NCBI GenBank assembly: GCA_964187785.1
Contig: OZ076409.1
Span: 48,734,001-48,798,000 of the forward strand
DNA: 64,000 nucleotides
Direction of reading: 5' to 3'
Origin: Amphiscolops sp. MND2022
Taxonomy: Eukaryota
Shown: one piece after another, positions 1-14,040 of the stretch
Position numbering within the stretch: the stretch's first letter is position 1
Layout: each line of letters starts with the position of its first letter
The notes under the pieces: model-generated
Told to the model about the DNA's origin: nothing
Seen by the model: the letters and a program-made list of their open reading frames with translations, nothing else
Database searches by the model: none
Made by a program: the position numbers and the translations under genes

Positions 1-290
1 TGGTCGGTAAGTATACGTAATGTTATTATATTATAATGTATGTCCTGTGTCTGTGATCCAGTAATCTTTTCGCTCTCTTTTCGTCTCTTACACTCAAATT
101 GATTATTACCACGATTTGTAATTCTACCCATCAAGGGATTATATATTCCTGAATACTATACGGCCGAGTAGACACACTGGTCTGGCATTGATTATCACGG
201 GCCTACAAAAGGATTGAGTCAGCTTCTTGAGCATATTCTTCAGCCCAACATTTCCAAACGACGTGCGGGACAACAATTCTGTTTTCCATC

Positions 291-3200
291 ATGGAAATAA
301 CATCAGGTTGGTTCTTTCATTTTGTCTCACTAAACTTGATCAGGGTTAGGTTCGACTAATAATACTTCCTACATCGTGAAATGATTTCAAACTAAGTTGA
401 ACGAGTTGAACTTTACTTCCGGAAGACTTTTCAATTGCGGCAAGATGGATTCATTTGCAGGAAGTGAACCGCGCGACTTCATTCCTTTCAATTTAGGAAC
501 TGAATCAAACGGCCAACCGACCCAGACCTCCACAAACAATGAGAGCATCAGAGAAAACAATCTGACTCAACGCCCTGATGAGGCTGCGCAGACCAGTAGT
601 CCAGCAACTGTGAGGGAAGCAACTTCTACTTCCAAGCAGTCAACCTCACCTCCTCTTTCTCCCAGCATTTCACCCACTGCCATTGAGATTATCGAGGGAA
701 GCGGATCACAGGCTTCATCTGAACAAGATTCCTCTGCAAGAAATGCCGATTCTTCTACTCCTGCCGTTAGTCAACAGACCCTGCGACCACTGCCCCCAGA
801 TTACACTCCTTCCGTAATCAATCCGTTCGCGTCTGGGAATAGTAGTTCTGGAGAGAGCATCCAGGCGTATTTGACCCGCAAAATTGGCAGTCTTGAAGAA
901 GATTTACGGAAACAAGAGGCTTTAGTGGAGCAATCGACACTGTAAAAGTGAGTGAGAGTGAACCTCTCGTGATGATTCCTTCCTCCAGCTCTCAATTGAG
1001 CCCAACTGTACGAGGTCCCGCTGGACCTAAACTCTCGTTCCTAGTGCCAGTGCTTGGGGCCAGTTCTCAAGCGGAAACAGAACGTACTCAGGGTGCGAGC
1101 AAACGCCCGAGAATAGGGAGTACATCTTTTCATGAAAGCCATCCTCCAGCCAAACAAAGAGCTCCAACTCCGTTTCGTACCATGAGTGATGAAAAGACCG
1201 ACTCGGATTCGAATGTCGAAACGGGTCACAAAGACGACCGGACAGTCACGGTGAACAGTAGTGATCCTGCAGTTGAAACTGATGCTGAGTCTTCCTTTAA
1301 CCCAGCTGGCTCTACGATTGCACAGGCTTTGGACTTGAAGTCCCGACAGCTTAATGTCGAGTCTAGTGATGCTGAAAGTGCGTTTAACACTGTTGGCCTA
1401 CCTGTAGTTTCTAGAAGTCAAAGTCTTAAACCGACTAGCAGGGCGCTCATTAAAGAACACTTCCAAACTAATGAACACTTCAACTTTCCCCAAGGACATC
1501 CAGTTATTGCATTTACTGAGGAACAATTTAGCAGCGTCCTTAAGATTGTCGCGGATGAAACTGTGAGGGCCTCCCAGCACATGTTAGAAGGGATTATCCA
1601 ACAAACAAGGAGATTCACATTAGAAGCCACAACCAGCAACAAGGCTACCCCTACGTTCTTGGGTGACGGACAACACCAAAGGTCAAGAATCGCGACGCCT
1701 GGTCAACTAAGCGACACAAGTGGAGCCCTCCAAAGTGATGATGAGTTCTCCAGCATTGGTTACTCTTACGAAAGGCCAGAGACTAGACTGAGACGATAAT
1801 TGCCCCGCCAAAAGCTTCTGAGGGAGCGTCCTGTAGCTATGCGGACCGACGGGTCGACACCCCATTTACAGCTGCTGATAGTCCTGACGCCCAAACCCTT
1901 GCTTCCTTAAGGGCCGAAGCGATGAAAGACCAGGGTAAGCTTCCTCGTAACCAGCGTGGGATGTTCAGTTCCAGCTCCCGGGGCAAAGGGACCCGCAGGC
2001 AGATCACAAGGTCATGTAAAATAATGAAGGAAGCTTACTTCAGGGGAATGGAATGGACCCGAACATTCGTGTCAGGTCCAGTGGACCCAAGGTGGAATCC
2101 TTACAAGTTCTACTGCCAGATCTGTAAGGCCAACATCTCTAACTATGGCAAGGGAGCACGGGAAATGTTGCGTCATCATTCCTCCGAAAAACATTTACGC
2201 ACGGACCAAAGGTGGCGATACGAGTACCTCTACAAAGTTGATCCAATTACCAAAACAAAAATCCACCAAGTCCGAGGTAGAGATGGTAAACTGCTCTCGC
2301 CATACCAGTTGGAAATTAAATTGCCTTATTTCAAAGATGCACCGCTAGTTGAAATTGGTCAAAAGCTTCCATTTTACGATGAATTCATGGCTGGGACGGA
2401 TTATATGTCTTCTTCGTCCGAAAATCGTGCTCGAGTCCAATTGTCCGTACTGGCCAAGTTCCTTCCTACCCACGGTGAGCTTGAGGTTCTGAAAAGCTTC
2501 TGGAGTGACGTCGGGTCATAATCAATCACCAACCCCTGTTCATGGATTTCACCTGGGGGAAAGAAAGAATCAGTGTGAGTAACCACAATTATTTCATTTT
2601 CTCTATTTACGTCCTCCGTTAAAGTGCGTACTCGTAGTATCTCCTGGGACTAATCAATTGATTTTGTGTTCAGGTCATGTTCCACCACATGTTTCTTGAA
2701 CTTGTTGAGGACCTTGGAACTCAGATAAATTCGTCAGGAGAATACGCAGTGGAATTTGCTACTGATGGCGTTTTCCTCCTGTCCTTCGTCAGATTCTGGC
2801 ACGGAGATCAACTGTGTCGGGTGTTCCTCAAACGGACTGGGCGGGTACAGGGCCAGACTCACGCTGAAGTGTGCTTAATCTCGTACATCATGGGAGCAAT
2901 CTCAACTAGACCGCGCCTAGTTAATTGTACTGGAAGTAGCGCCGGTACAGTGCAATTGATTGATCAGAGACCATACAGTCCTTGTGGAGTGCAGAGTACC
3001 CCTCGTTTCGAAGAGCTAAAACTTTCAACCTTGATGCACAAGACCAGACAGAGTGTGTTTGGACGCATAGACTTCTTCTCCGTACTGCGCTACCTTGTCA
3101 TATCCCTTGGGGGCAGCTCAGAGCTGGACTGGGTGTTGTTGTCCCAGAACTAACCAAGGTAAATAATTTCACTTTGCCAAGTAGTGACTCGTAGTTTCCA

Positions 3201-4767
3201 AAAGTGTGAGCGTTTTCTTTTCGTGTACCGTTTGGTGCTATTGAGCTTAGTTTAGATATACTGTTTTAGGCTATCAAGACAAGTCAACTTGATGTCAGTG
3301 GACTCCCTGCACTGTGTCAGGAATTGCTGGACATTTGGTCGAAGGTGGTAGGATACCTTTCCAAGCACGCCCCACACCAAGAAAAGCAAGGAGTTCGAAA
3401 CGAGGTAATGGATAGTGTCCTTGTATGTCTAAGATGACCTTGAGTCTGGTTTAGTTTAAATTCGTAATCATTTCAGCCACAGAACCTGGAATGGTCCATA
3501 GTTTATGATGACCTCTTTCCCTGTCGATTGGACTTGTTCTCCCGATTAGTGCGCGATTGTAAGTGGTATAACGTGTGTTGTAGATACTGTCTGCTTTCCT
3601 GAGTTCATAGTTGTCCTCTTCAGATTCCAGCAGCTTCATCCTCAATCTCAAGACGAGACGTGATCGAGGGTTTCATGCCCACAAGGAGCTCTGCCAGTAC
3701 TTGCACAAACTTGCCCAGCGGTGCATTCGACCCAGTTGCCTGCCGTCCGAAGCTGATTACCATAACATACTTCGAATCTCCATTCCAGATGCAAAAGCCC
3801 TCACAGTCAGTGATTTTATATCCCGCTTAAACTGGGACGCCGACTGGATGCTTGCTGCAAACGTAAATCCGAGAAAGAGCGTAAGGAAGCAAAAAATAGT
3901 GAGCTGAGCCTCGAGGAAATAATTGCCAATAACCGCGAGGAATTTGGTAGACAAGCCCCTGGGTATGTGGCGCATCTTTTCGGAGCAGCTACTGGACTCA
4001 CCAGATTCGCTTCAGATATCGTCAAAGGGTTAGGCTCCTTCGACCTAGAGACCCTGTTCGTAGACACTATGGAGCAAGCTGCATATTTTTTCAAGACCCT
4101 GTTCTCTAGTTTCCGACTCAGAGGTGTCTTCCAGTCCGAAGAGGAAACTGTCTACATTGAGGAGTACTTTTCGTTCATTGACGAGTTGAGACGCACTCAT
4201 CCTGAGATACAACAAGCTAAACTGCTAATTGCTGATACTATTGACTTCGTGTCCAAGCAACCTGCCTTAAAGTCTCGAATACGTCTGACGAGGATTTTCC
4301 GTCTTAGCTGTCTCTGCATCGATGAGCCCAGGTTTACGTTTGCGCCTGTTAGGTTTGGTTCTAACAAGACTGACGAACCCACAAGTGTGATGTTTGACAT
4401 TGTCGCTCCTATTCAGTCTTATCTCAGAAACGTCGCTGGTGGACTGGACACACTTGTCTCCGAAGGTTCTATTGCCCGTTTTCTGGCCCTGGAAAAGACA
4501 TTTGGGGGTACTGGGCTCAGCAGTACCTATTGTCCTTGGGACGAGATTGATCGATTCAATCGCGCTGCAATTCAAGACTGCATTAATTCTCAATATACTG
4601 AGCAGCGCAAAGTCACCATGGGTGTTAGTGCTGATCCTCAAGGTTCTGGTAAATCGCCAAAAAAGTCCCGAGACAACAAGTCTAGCAAGCGTCAGGGCCA
4701 ATCAGCATCGAGAAGAAGTTCAGTCGAGCGAAGCAGTTATTCGAGTGGGAGTCCCACTAAGCTCTAA
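291..4767 (+). pseudogene. Spliced, disrupted gene with Ser/Pro-rich N-terminus and a BED/TTF-like zinc finger, possibly hAT-derived; convergent with Gypsy pol
   Basis: ATG at 291; GT-AG introns at 307-460, 2575-2673, 3159-3269, 3405-3476 and 3559-3623 link ORFs 397, 948, 1922, 2677, 3611 and 3967. Motif FYCQICKANIS..MLRHHSSEKH. Several stops and frameshifts. Confidence 0.6.
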
Positions 4768-6580
4768 TTGTCTAATACATACTTGCAGATGATAAACAGT
4801 TTTTATTTTATTCAGTTTTTTATTTATTTATCTTTATCCATTTGTTGTCTGATGTCTTTCGTAGTTTTCAGTTTAGTAGTCAGTCAGGTCCCTAAAAGAT
4901 ATTATTATTGCTCAAGCACGGGACAGTAATTTATATATCTGACTAGTATCTGTATTCATCAGTGAAGTTGGGGGTGGGGCTAGGTCGAAGGTTATATTTC
5001 CCTTCCCTAGGGCTTTCATTTTCTACAATCATATCATCATTTTCTTCGTTTGATACTTCAGGCACGATAGTAAGTGGTATAACGTGTGTTGTAGATACTG
5101 TCTGCTTTCCTGAGTTCATAGTTGTACTCTTCAGAATCCAGCAGCTTCATCCTCAATCTCAAAACGAGACGTGATCGAGGGTTTCATGTCCACAAGGAGC
5201 TCTGCCAGTACTTGCACAAACTTGCCCAGCGGTGCATTCGACCCAGTTGCCTGCCGTCCGAAGCTGATTACCATGACATACTTCGAATCTCCATTCCAGA
5301 TGCAAAAGCCCTCACAGTCAGTGATTTTATATCCCGCTTAAACTGGGACGCCGACTGGATGCTTGCTGCAAATGTAAATCCGAGAAGGAGCGTAAGGAAG
5401 CAAAAAATAGTGAGCTGAGCCTCGAGGAAATAATTGCCAATAACCGCGAGGAGTTTGGTAGACAAGCCCCTGGGTATGTGGCGCATCTTTTCGGAGCAGC
5501 TACTGGACTCACCACATTCGCTTCAGATATCGTCAAAGGGTTAGGCTCCTTCGACCTAGAGACCCTGTTCGTAGACACTATGGAGCAAGCTGCATATTGT
5601 TTCAAGAACCTGTTCTCTAGTTTCCGACTCAGAAGTGTCTTCCAGTCCGAAGAGGAAACTGTCTACATTGAGGAGTACTTTTCGTTCATTGACGAGTTGA
5701 GTCGCACTCATCCTGATATGCAACAACCTAAACTGCTAATTGCTGATACTATTGACATCGTGTCCAAGCAACCTGCCTTAAAGTCTCGAATACGTCTGAC
5801 GAGGATTGTCCGTCTTAGCTGTCTCTGCATCGATGAGCCCAGGTTTACGTTTGCGCCTGTTAGGTTTGGTTCTAACAAGACTGACGAACCCACAAGTGTC
5901 ATGTTTGACATTGTCGCTCCTATTCAGTCTCATCTCAGAAACGTCGCTGGTGGACTGGACACACTTGTCTCCGAAGGTTCTATTGCCCGTTTTCTGGCCC
6001 TGGAAAAGACATTTGGGGGTACTGGGCTCAGCAGTACCTATTGTCCTTGGGACGAGATTGATCGATTCAATCGCGCTGCAATTCAAGACTGCATTAATTC
6101 TCAATCTACTGAGCAGCGCAAAGTCACCATGGGTGTTAGTGCTGATCCTCAAGGTTCTGGTAAATCGCCAAAAAAGTCCCGAGACAACAAGTCTAGCAAG
6201 CGTCAGGGCCGATCAGCATCGAGAGGAAGTTCAGTCGAGTGAAGCAGTCATTCGAGTGGGAGTCCCACTAAGCTCTAAATGTCTAATACATACTTGCAGA
6301 TGATAAACAGTTTTTATTTTATTCAGTTTTTTATTTATTTATCTTTATCCATTTGTTGTCTGATGTCTTTCGTAGTTTTCAGTTTAGTAGTCAGTCAGGT
6401 CCCTAAAAGATATTATTATTGCTCAAGCACGGGAGAGTCTTTTCTATATCTGACTAGTATCTGTATTCATCAGTGAAGTTGGGGGTGGGGTTAGGTCGAA
6501 GGTTATATTTCCCTCCCCTAGGGCTTTCATTTTCTACAATCATATCATCAGTTTCATCGTTTGATACTTCAGGCACGATA
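3559..6580 (+). repeat. Tandem duplication, 1511-bp unit (3559-5069 and 5070-6580)
   Basis: ORF pairs 3611/5122 and 3967/5478 are offset by exactly 1511 bp and near-identical. Each unit holds the 3' part of the + gene and the last codons of Gypsy pol. Confidence 0.95.
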
Positions 6581-9500
6581 GTATTGCTCCCCCTGGCGAT
6601 TTTTGGTCGTCAAACGTGTCATTTATGCGTTCTGAGCGGGTTTTTTCAAGCGAAACAAAGTCATCATTTTCGTGAGGCCCGGTTGACCAAAGGTCCACGT
6701 CGGTGGAAATCTTGTCTGGAGCTTTGGCGTCATTTTCTTGAGGCCCGGTGGACCTAATGTCCACGTCGGTGAAAATTTCGTCCGGCGGTCTGTCTTCATT
6801 GATGTAATCGTTAGAAGTGTCTAGAGCTTCTCGACGCGTAGGAATTGAGTTTTCTTCAGTGGAATTGGGAAATTCGCCAAAATTGGTTTCCCAAGTGATA
6901 ACATAGAGGTCGTCCTGCGGAATATTAATTTCATCATCCGGTTGCAAATTGCCTTTCGGTCTGATGTCTTGCAGGACAGTGTTTGGTTCATATTTACGGA
7001 GTCTAATACGGTGTAGAATTTGCGTTTTGTTGGAATTCAGTTTTCGGACTATAAAATTTTCGTTTGGTAAGACCTTTTCTACAATATAAGGTCCAGTCCA
7101 TCTGTATTCTCGAAACGGGATTTTTGATCCTTGGTGGTCAGCGATAGGTTGTAATATGAAACAATAGTCGTTTTGCCTCAAAGGGGCTGCTTTGGCTTTT
7201 CTGTCGTAGTACTCCTTATATTTTAAATAGGATTGCATGATATTTTTCTTTGTGGAATCGAGTAGTATTTGTGTGCGTTGTTGAAATTCCTCAGCAAAGT
7301 CTGTGGTTGGAAGGACCTTCGGGTTGGGATTAAGGCCCAATTTATGATCTAAAATATTAAATGGGATTCGTCCATGAAAGATTCTGGATGGTTCACAGAA
7401 CAGGGCGGCGTGGTAAGTCGTATTGTAGTTTAATACGGCTAAAGGCAAATATTTATACCATTGTCGCCGGTAGTCCCCTGAGGCCATTGTTAGGTTCGTT
7501 TTAAGGCTAGCGTGTGTGCGTTTGAGTTTACCGATAGTTTGTGGATGTTTTGTGGTTGCGCATTTTACTTGAATTCCCAAAATTTGAGCAATTTCAGCCA
7601 CCAATTTGAACGTAAAGGCCGTTCCTTTGTCTGTGATCAGGGTGGTTGGCAAGTAGGTATGTTTCGTCATTATGTCAATAATGACCTTAGCCGTGTTTGT
7701 GGCTGATGCGTCTGTAACTGGGTAAGCAGAAAGATATCGCGAAAACACGTCCATTGCTGTTATTATGTTTTCATACCCTCCTCTGGGGGGTAATTTTGGT
7801 AGTAAATCGATTTGCATTGTGTCTTCTGGACCTAAGTCCCATTCGGGCAGATTGAGCAATTCACATGTGATGGATTAATTTGGAATTCTTTTGTCTTTTA
7901 TACAAGTTTCGCATTGTTGGACTCATGTTTTAACAATTTTTGCAATGCCAGGATAGTAATATTTTTGCCGAATTTCTATGAGCATTTTGGATATTCCTGG
8001 GTGGTTTTTGGCTTTGCCGTGTAAAGATTCAAACAATTCTGGGACTAGGTGTTTCGGTAAAAGCACCTGATTGTATTTTATGGACCCTGTTTCGTCGAAA
8101 TACTGTCTGGTGATAATTTCATCAGTGACAGACAGTCGGTCCATTTGGCAACAGTAGTGCTGATAGCGCGTATCTTGCATTAGAATGGTTTCTGAGTAGT
8201 TTTCATTCAATATTTTGAGTCGCAATTGCTGTAAAATAACGTCGTTGTTTTGCTACATTGCTATAGAGTTCGTGTAGGACAGTTTTTGAAGTGTGGAGAG
8301 TTTGTGATAATTGCTTTGGTGTGTAGAAACTCTTTCGAATGAGATATCCGGTAGTTGATTTGTTGGGTGATCTCTAGCTTCCCTTTTACGTTGTAAAATT
8401 TGTTCTTCCGTCTCATCGTCATCCTCTGTATAAAAGATTTGTTCCTCCTCCGACACTCCTGCTGATTGGACATGTAGTTCAATCGGTGTCGTTGGAATAT
8501 CTTCTCTAATTCGGAGGATTAATTTTCCTTTTGGAGAAATTTCAAGACGGGACAAGTAGTCAGCAGCGGTGTTGTTTTTACCTGGTATATGGGCAATAGT
8601 AAAATTGAACTGAAAGACATAGTCGCATGCATTCCATAGTGTCGGTGGATTGATTTTCGTTTGAAAAAAGTGCGTGACGGATTTGTTGTCGGTAAGTATA
8701 ATTACCGGTTGTGGTGCTCCCCAAAAAAGACGTCCAAATTCTTTAAAAGCAAAGAAAATAGCCAGGATTTCCTTCGCGTAGATAGACATTTTCAGTTGGG
8801 AAGGACTGAAGGTCTTGGATCCATAAGCTATTGGCGCGAAAGCTTTCCTCGTTGATGTGTATTTCTCGAGGGGATCATCTTCGATGAGAACTGTGTATTC
8901 TGCGGCCGAAAAAATGGCATCCGTCATAAGGGCTATTTGCTTGTTCGGTAAGGGCTGTTTGAGTGCCAGTTCGCAACATCGGTCAAGAGCCTTATTGATC
9001 TCGGTGATTTTTTCCAAGAGGTCCGGAGTTACCAGGACTTTTTCATCTTTAGTGAGGAGTTTGAAAAACGGTGTTAGTTTTTCTGATAGTCTTGGGATGT
9101 AATTTCAGTGATAGTTTAAAAATACCAAGTAACGCTGCAGTGCTTTCTTAGACTTCGGGAATTTCGTATTTTCTAGGAAGTTTTGGACCCTGAGTCTCTG
9201 TGGCTTCACTCCAGCAGGAGTGATGGTAGGACCCAGAAAATCAATTTCCGTTGCACAAAAGTAACATTTATGCATGGTACGTTTTAGACCAGCTTTCTGA
9301 ATGCATTGGAAAGTGGCCCTCAGGTTGTTGATGAGTTGGTCGGCATCATTAGCCGCAATGCCAATATCATTGACGTTTTGGGCACATTGATCTGCTTCGA
9401 TGACTTTGTCTGAGTATTCGCGCATAAAACTACAGAAGGCCGATAGGGCTCTACCGAGTCCTTGTGCCAATCTTCTGTACGCGAAGGTTCTGCTGGCGAA

Positions 9501-11533
9501 ATTGAAAGCGAGCATTTCAATGGACCGTTGGTCCGCCATTTGTAGGCAATGATACGCTTGGGAGCAGTCCAATTTGCAAAATAGCTTTCTTCCGGCCATG
9601 TTGGGCTGCGTCTGTAAATGTGCTCACTAGATGATTGTTGTTGATATAATCATCCGAAATAAAATGATTGATTTTGCGCAAATCGACTAAGAGTCGCAAT
9701 TTGCCATTGGGTTTCTTCCGGGCAAATATTGGGCTTGCGTATTTGGAGAATGGGAGTGTTGTAATGATCCCATAACGATGTAGTAGTGCTAATTCTACAC
9801 GGATATCTTCCTTGAGGTTGATTGGTGTCGGCAGACTCTGACTAGAGGCTGGGGAATCGTCTTTCGGCGTCAACTTGACCTTGAAGTCCTCGTTCATGCC
9901 TATGTCAAATCGGTGTCTTGCGAATATGTCGTGGAATTCGACAAATAAATCTTCTATGCGAGTTATTTCAGCTGGTTGTAGCATTGAGTCTGTCCGATCA
10001 AAATTGGACAAGAATTGTCGTCTGGACTCAGGGTCATCCTGAGGATTAAGTTTCTCTAATTCCTGAAGGTTGATTAGATCTGACAAAATCCTTTTCTGGA
10101 TGGGCGTGTGATGCTGAGGGTCCCCAGGGTCTTATGGTGTGGGAAACCAAATTTGTGGATTTGATCAAGCTGCTTGCATAGTAGGCAGCGTTCTCAGGGT
10201 TATCCTGCAAGAGGTGCCATGTGGTCACCGGATCTATAGGTTTGACATATTTCATCTGTTCTGGTGTCAGGACAGTGAAAGTGGCTACCTGCGTACCTCT
10301 TTTGAGGGTACACGGACTGTCGGTAAAGTTGTTCAGGTGGAGTGATACTTGACCATTGGTCAAAGTGACTAGGGCAGCACAGAAGGCAGTATCGTCATCA
10401 TCTGTAAGTGTGCTGCTTGGTTTGAGTATCCCAGTAACTGTATTGACTTCGTACAGTTGTGAAGCCAGTTGGACCGGATGTCGGTCATTAGGTGGGATGG
10501 TTACATCCTCTCTAATGCAAATGGGTTCCATAACGTTAGTATACTTGTGATCTGCAGTTTTCAACTACATTGAAAAGAAAGGGAATTTCAGGACACCTTG
10601 TCTCATGTCTAGGATGGTTTTGTCCCGTTGGAGGAACGATAGACCGATCAATGGACTGGTGAGTTTTTCCCTAACGATGAATATCTCGTGAAATTCTATG
10701 TCGCCGACTTCAAACTTCAGCTCGACGGTGCTCTTCGGAGTCTCCAGTTGTCCATTAGCAACCACAATTTGGAAGTTGGGTGCTGGGCCCTCTTTGACAA
10801 TAGACTGAGGGGCTAATAATCTAATTTTACGTAGATCAGCTTCTGGGATTGCACTAGATAGAGCTTCCGTGTCAACAAGACCATCTAAAGTTAGTTCGCC
10901 GAAACCCATTAGAAAATAGAGCATTCGTCGTTTGTATTTGAGGCCAAGATTGGTTGTCAGTGGCACATAATCTGGTTCGCCAATTCTGGTAACCAGTGTG
11001 TTGACAAAACGTTCTGCAACTGCTGAGGCCAGGGAGACCTGTGGTCTCCTACGGTGAAAATTGTCAGTGGCATCCGGGTGGATCATGTGAGTAGTGAATT
11101 GTGGCCCATGTTGCCATGGGTCAACTGGGGCATTTCTAAGGGCGGTATTCAGGGTGCTATCAAGTTTGGGATAATCCAACTCTACGTCCTGATCCGGTTT
11201 ATTATAACTGTCGTAAAAGTATAGATGATGTTGATTGTAGCAATTAGTCGCCCAGTAGGGGTCAAAACCATAGTCAGGGTCAGGGTAGCATGGGTTATAG
11301 TCATCAATGAGGGAAAAAGGTCGAGTAGTCGAAGAATCGTTTTGTAGTCCGTTAGACATAAGGTCCAAAGTGGTTGAGAATTTAGGTGGAATTTTCATCT
11401 GCTGCTGCCAGTCAGCTGATGATGTTTTTTTAGGAGAGGTATAATGTTCGGTGTAATAGACTTTTGAAGGGTCTGATAATATGAATTGTCGAACACGGAG
11501 TTTTTCGTTAAATTGGAGTCGTGGCGAATCTAG
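6454..11533 (-). pseudogene. pol: Ty3/Gypsy pol (protease, dUTPase-like spacer, RT, RNase H, integrase), degenerate
   Basis: Protease LVDTEA; RT motifs KLRLLVDLRKIN and KLDCSQAYH with YxDD decayed to NVND; RNase H (AYGSKTF, LTDNKS); integrase H-H/CETC finger and DVFSRY..ITDKGTAF core. The C-terminus KYNLRPNPTPNFTDEYRY* ends at 6454. Many stops and frameshifts. Confidence 0.93.
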
Positions 11534-13314
11534 TTTTTTGGGTTTTTCAAAATGGAGGTCGGTTGTGTATTTTTTGCATCGTCTTTGCTGGTGGAAGTAT
11601 CAGCGGCGGCAGTGTCCTCCAGTTTAAGGTTTTTGAGCTTGAGGTGGGCTCCAGCGCCTTTCCAACATCGTTCCGCCGGTTGGTTCGTTTTGTCGTAAGT
11701 TGGACATCTTGGATACTCTTTCTTGGTATCCTGCCCGTCATTGCGGCATTGTTCCTCCTTTCTTTTGAGTTTTCGGCAGTCGTCTTTGACATGTCCCGGT
11801 TTCTTGCAATAGTTGCAAGTAATGTTGGGATCATTGCCAGAAGAAAGAAGGCCAGTTCCCGGTCGTAATGCTGTAGGGGTAGTGGACATTGCTGGTACTG
11901 GAATGTGGTCCCCCTCCTCAAGTCCATTGAGCTCAAGCTCTCGTTCCAAGTGGGTGACTATTTCCTCGTAGGTGGCATTTTCAAGTCTAGCCATATTGAC
12001 GGAGCGTTTCAATTTTGGTGGCAATTTGGCATAAAGAAGACTGTCAATCATGGCCTGGGCGTTCTCACCAAACGCATTTTCAGCTCCTTGATTTAACTCC
12101 TCAAGGAAGTCTGGCAGTTTCATGGTGTTTGGATCAAACACCAATCTGTGCCATTAGTGTTTGGCGGTCGCCTGGGACTCAGGTTTGACGTATTACCGGC
12201 GAAATGCAGCTAAGATGTCCTCTAACGTTTGCCTGTTTGCCGTATTGATGTTACGGAAGGTTTGTAACGCGTTCTTGCGGTTTATTTTCATTGTTTCTGT
12301 CATATCAGGTTGCATTTTTATCATTGTGTGAAAAAGATCTTCGAAAAGTTCGAACTTCTCAGATTTGCTGTCAAACGTCAGTGTAGTTGTGCTGACTGGG
12401 CGTACCATCAGCGTTTGTGCTGAGGGACGGTTGTTCATGCCAACCAATACTTCAGCAAGACGGTTGATAGGGTCTGAAGGGGTAGTTTGGCTTGCGGGTT
12501 CCTGGACCTGTGGGGAATGGTCCAAAGGTTCGTCTGCATTGGAGTTTTGACGCTGCAGGGGTTCACGGTATTGCATGGGCCGTCCAGTGAGAAACTCAGG
12601 AACCATATGGGGGGTAAGGTTGGCTCTTGTCACCATGTCGCGATCTTCCTCATCCGTATAAGAATCTACTGAGATCTCTCTAGATCTCAGTCTACTATTT
12701 TTCTGCGTAAAACAGGTTTTGGGACGATTTTCCCATGTTTTCTGTGAATTTCTTACTTCGGGGTTCCGCTTCCGCCCACTGGACTTTTGGTCCTCCACGG
12801 TGGAATTACCTGTCCTTGGGCCAGGATGAGGCCCGTTGGACACTCGGTCCACCACGGTAAAATTTGGTCTCCCCTGCACTTCTAATACATTCTGTATAAA
12901 AGGAAGCACTGTATCAGTTATTGCAGCAGTAATAGCATTCTGAATTTGGGAATTTAAGCTGGTTTTGATTTCATTTAGTCTCCTAAACATTTGGTTTGAA
13001 ATTTCCTCATTCCTCATTCCCCCATTGAATTTTCCCCATTCCCCCAAATTTTATCATTCTATCGTCTCAATCGTGACCTCGCTGTTTTCGTTACTGTTTG
13101 TAAGTAATGACCTAAAGTCTTCCCCAGTTACATTAGAGGCACGTTGAGGCCTACTTGACTCAGAGTCCAAATTTATCTCAGTTTCGCTATGGCCTTTATC
13201 TTGATCAATTGTTGAATAATCTCCTAACATTACATCAACATTTTCTACATCAGACATGATGTTTAGTTGTCTAGAGCGTCTCGCCTTCGCCTTTTGCTTC
13301 CTTGTAGATGGCAT
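11530..13314 (-). pseudogene. gag: Ty3/Gypsy gag with CCHC zinc knuckle, degenerate
   Basis: ORFs 13054-13314, 12193-13047 and 11530-12144; knuckle CNYCKKPGHVKDDC; lies directly upstream of pol. Confidence 0.88.
11533..11539 (-). promoter_or_regulatory. -1 programmed ribosomal frameshift heptamer A AAA AAC (gag-pol)
   Basis: Minus strand reads CCA AAA AAC TAG. The -1 frame is open from here into the protease ORF at 11398 (checked codon by codon). Confidence 0.8.
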
Positions 13315-14040
13315 TGAAGAAATACTACTACAAGTAATATTGAATTAGAGAACGAGTAGTACAAGTGTATGAAACGGTTAAAACAAACACAATATCAGAA
13401 TCAACTGGTCAAAGTTAGCAACTTGTTTGTATTTCAGGTTATCGAAAGATTGTCCTTTGGGTCTCTCCCTCTCCCTATTTATAGTTGGGAGGAGGTGACA
13501 ACACAGAAATTGCGTGTCATGTTACTAAATATAGACATGACAAACTAAACATAGCATCATGTTAGGATACTTCACCATGACGTCATTGCATCAAGGAAAA
13601 GAATGGGGGGGCTTTGACGGTTAAGCCGACAAAGTAGGAAAATATTTACAGTAACCTGTAAGTACATTCAATACTAATCTACAATACTACAAGTATTCAG
13701 AATGCGTATTTTCATGTTATCACAGTATTTCACCGTAGCGGACTTTAAGTCCAGGTGGCCACACTCAAATACAGCACTAACAGCACGCTCGCGCTAATTC
13801 CATTCTGTCCACGGAGCGTCACTAATATACTGCGTTCTGATTGGACTAAAATACTTGTACAGCAAGTACAATAAACTGAAAGAAGCGCTCATTTGAACGC
13901 GTTTCCTCTTCCGCATCCAATTGCATTGCATAATTGATAGACTTTACATTCATTTACCAAATTGCATTAACATTCTAATAACAAAACAAGCACAGGATGA
14001 TTTACTAAACGATTAAATTCATCCTGGTAAACTAAAATTA

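Noticed and set aside
13806..13870. PBS and 5' LTR of the first Gypsy (minus strand TAGTGACGCTCCG)
   Set aside because: TGG is absent and no matching second LTR lies in the window; element boundaries left unresolved.
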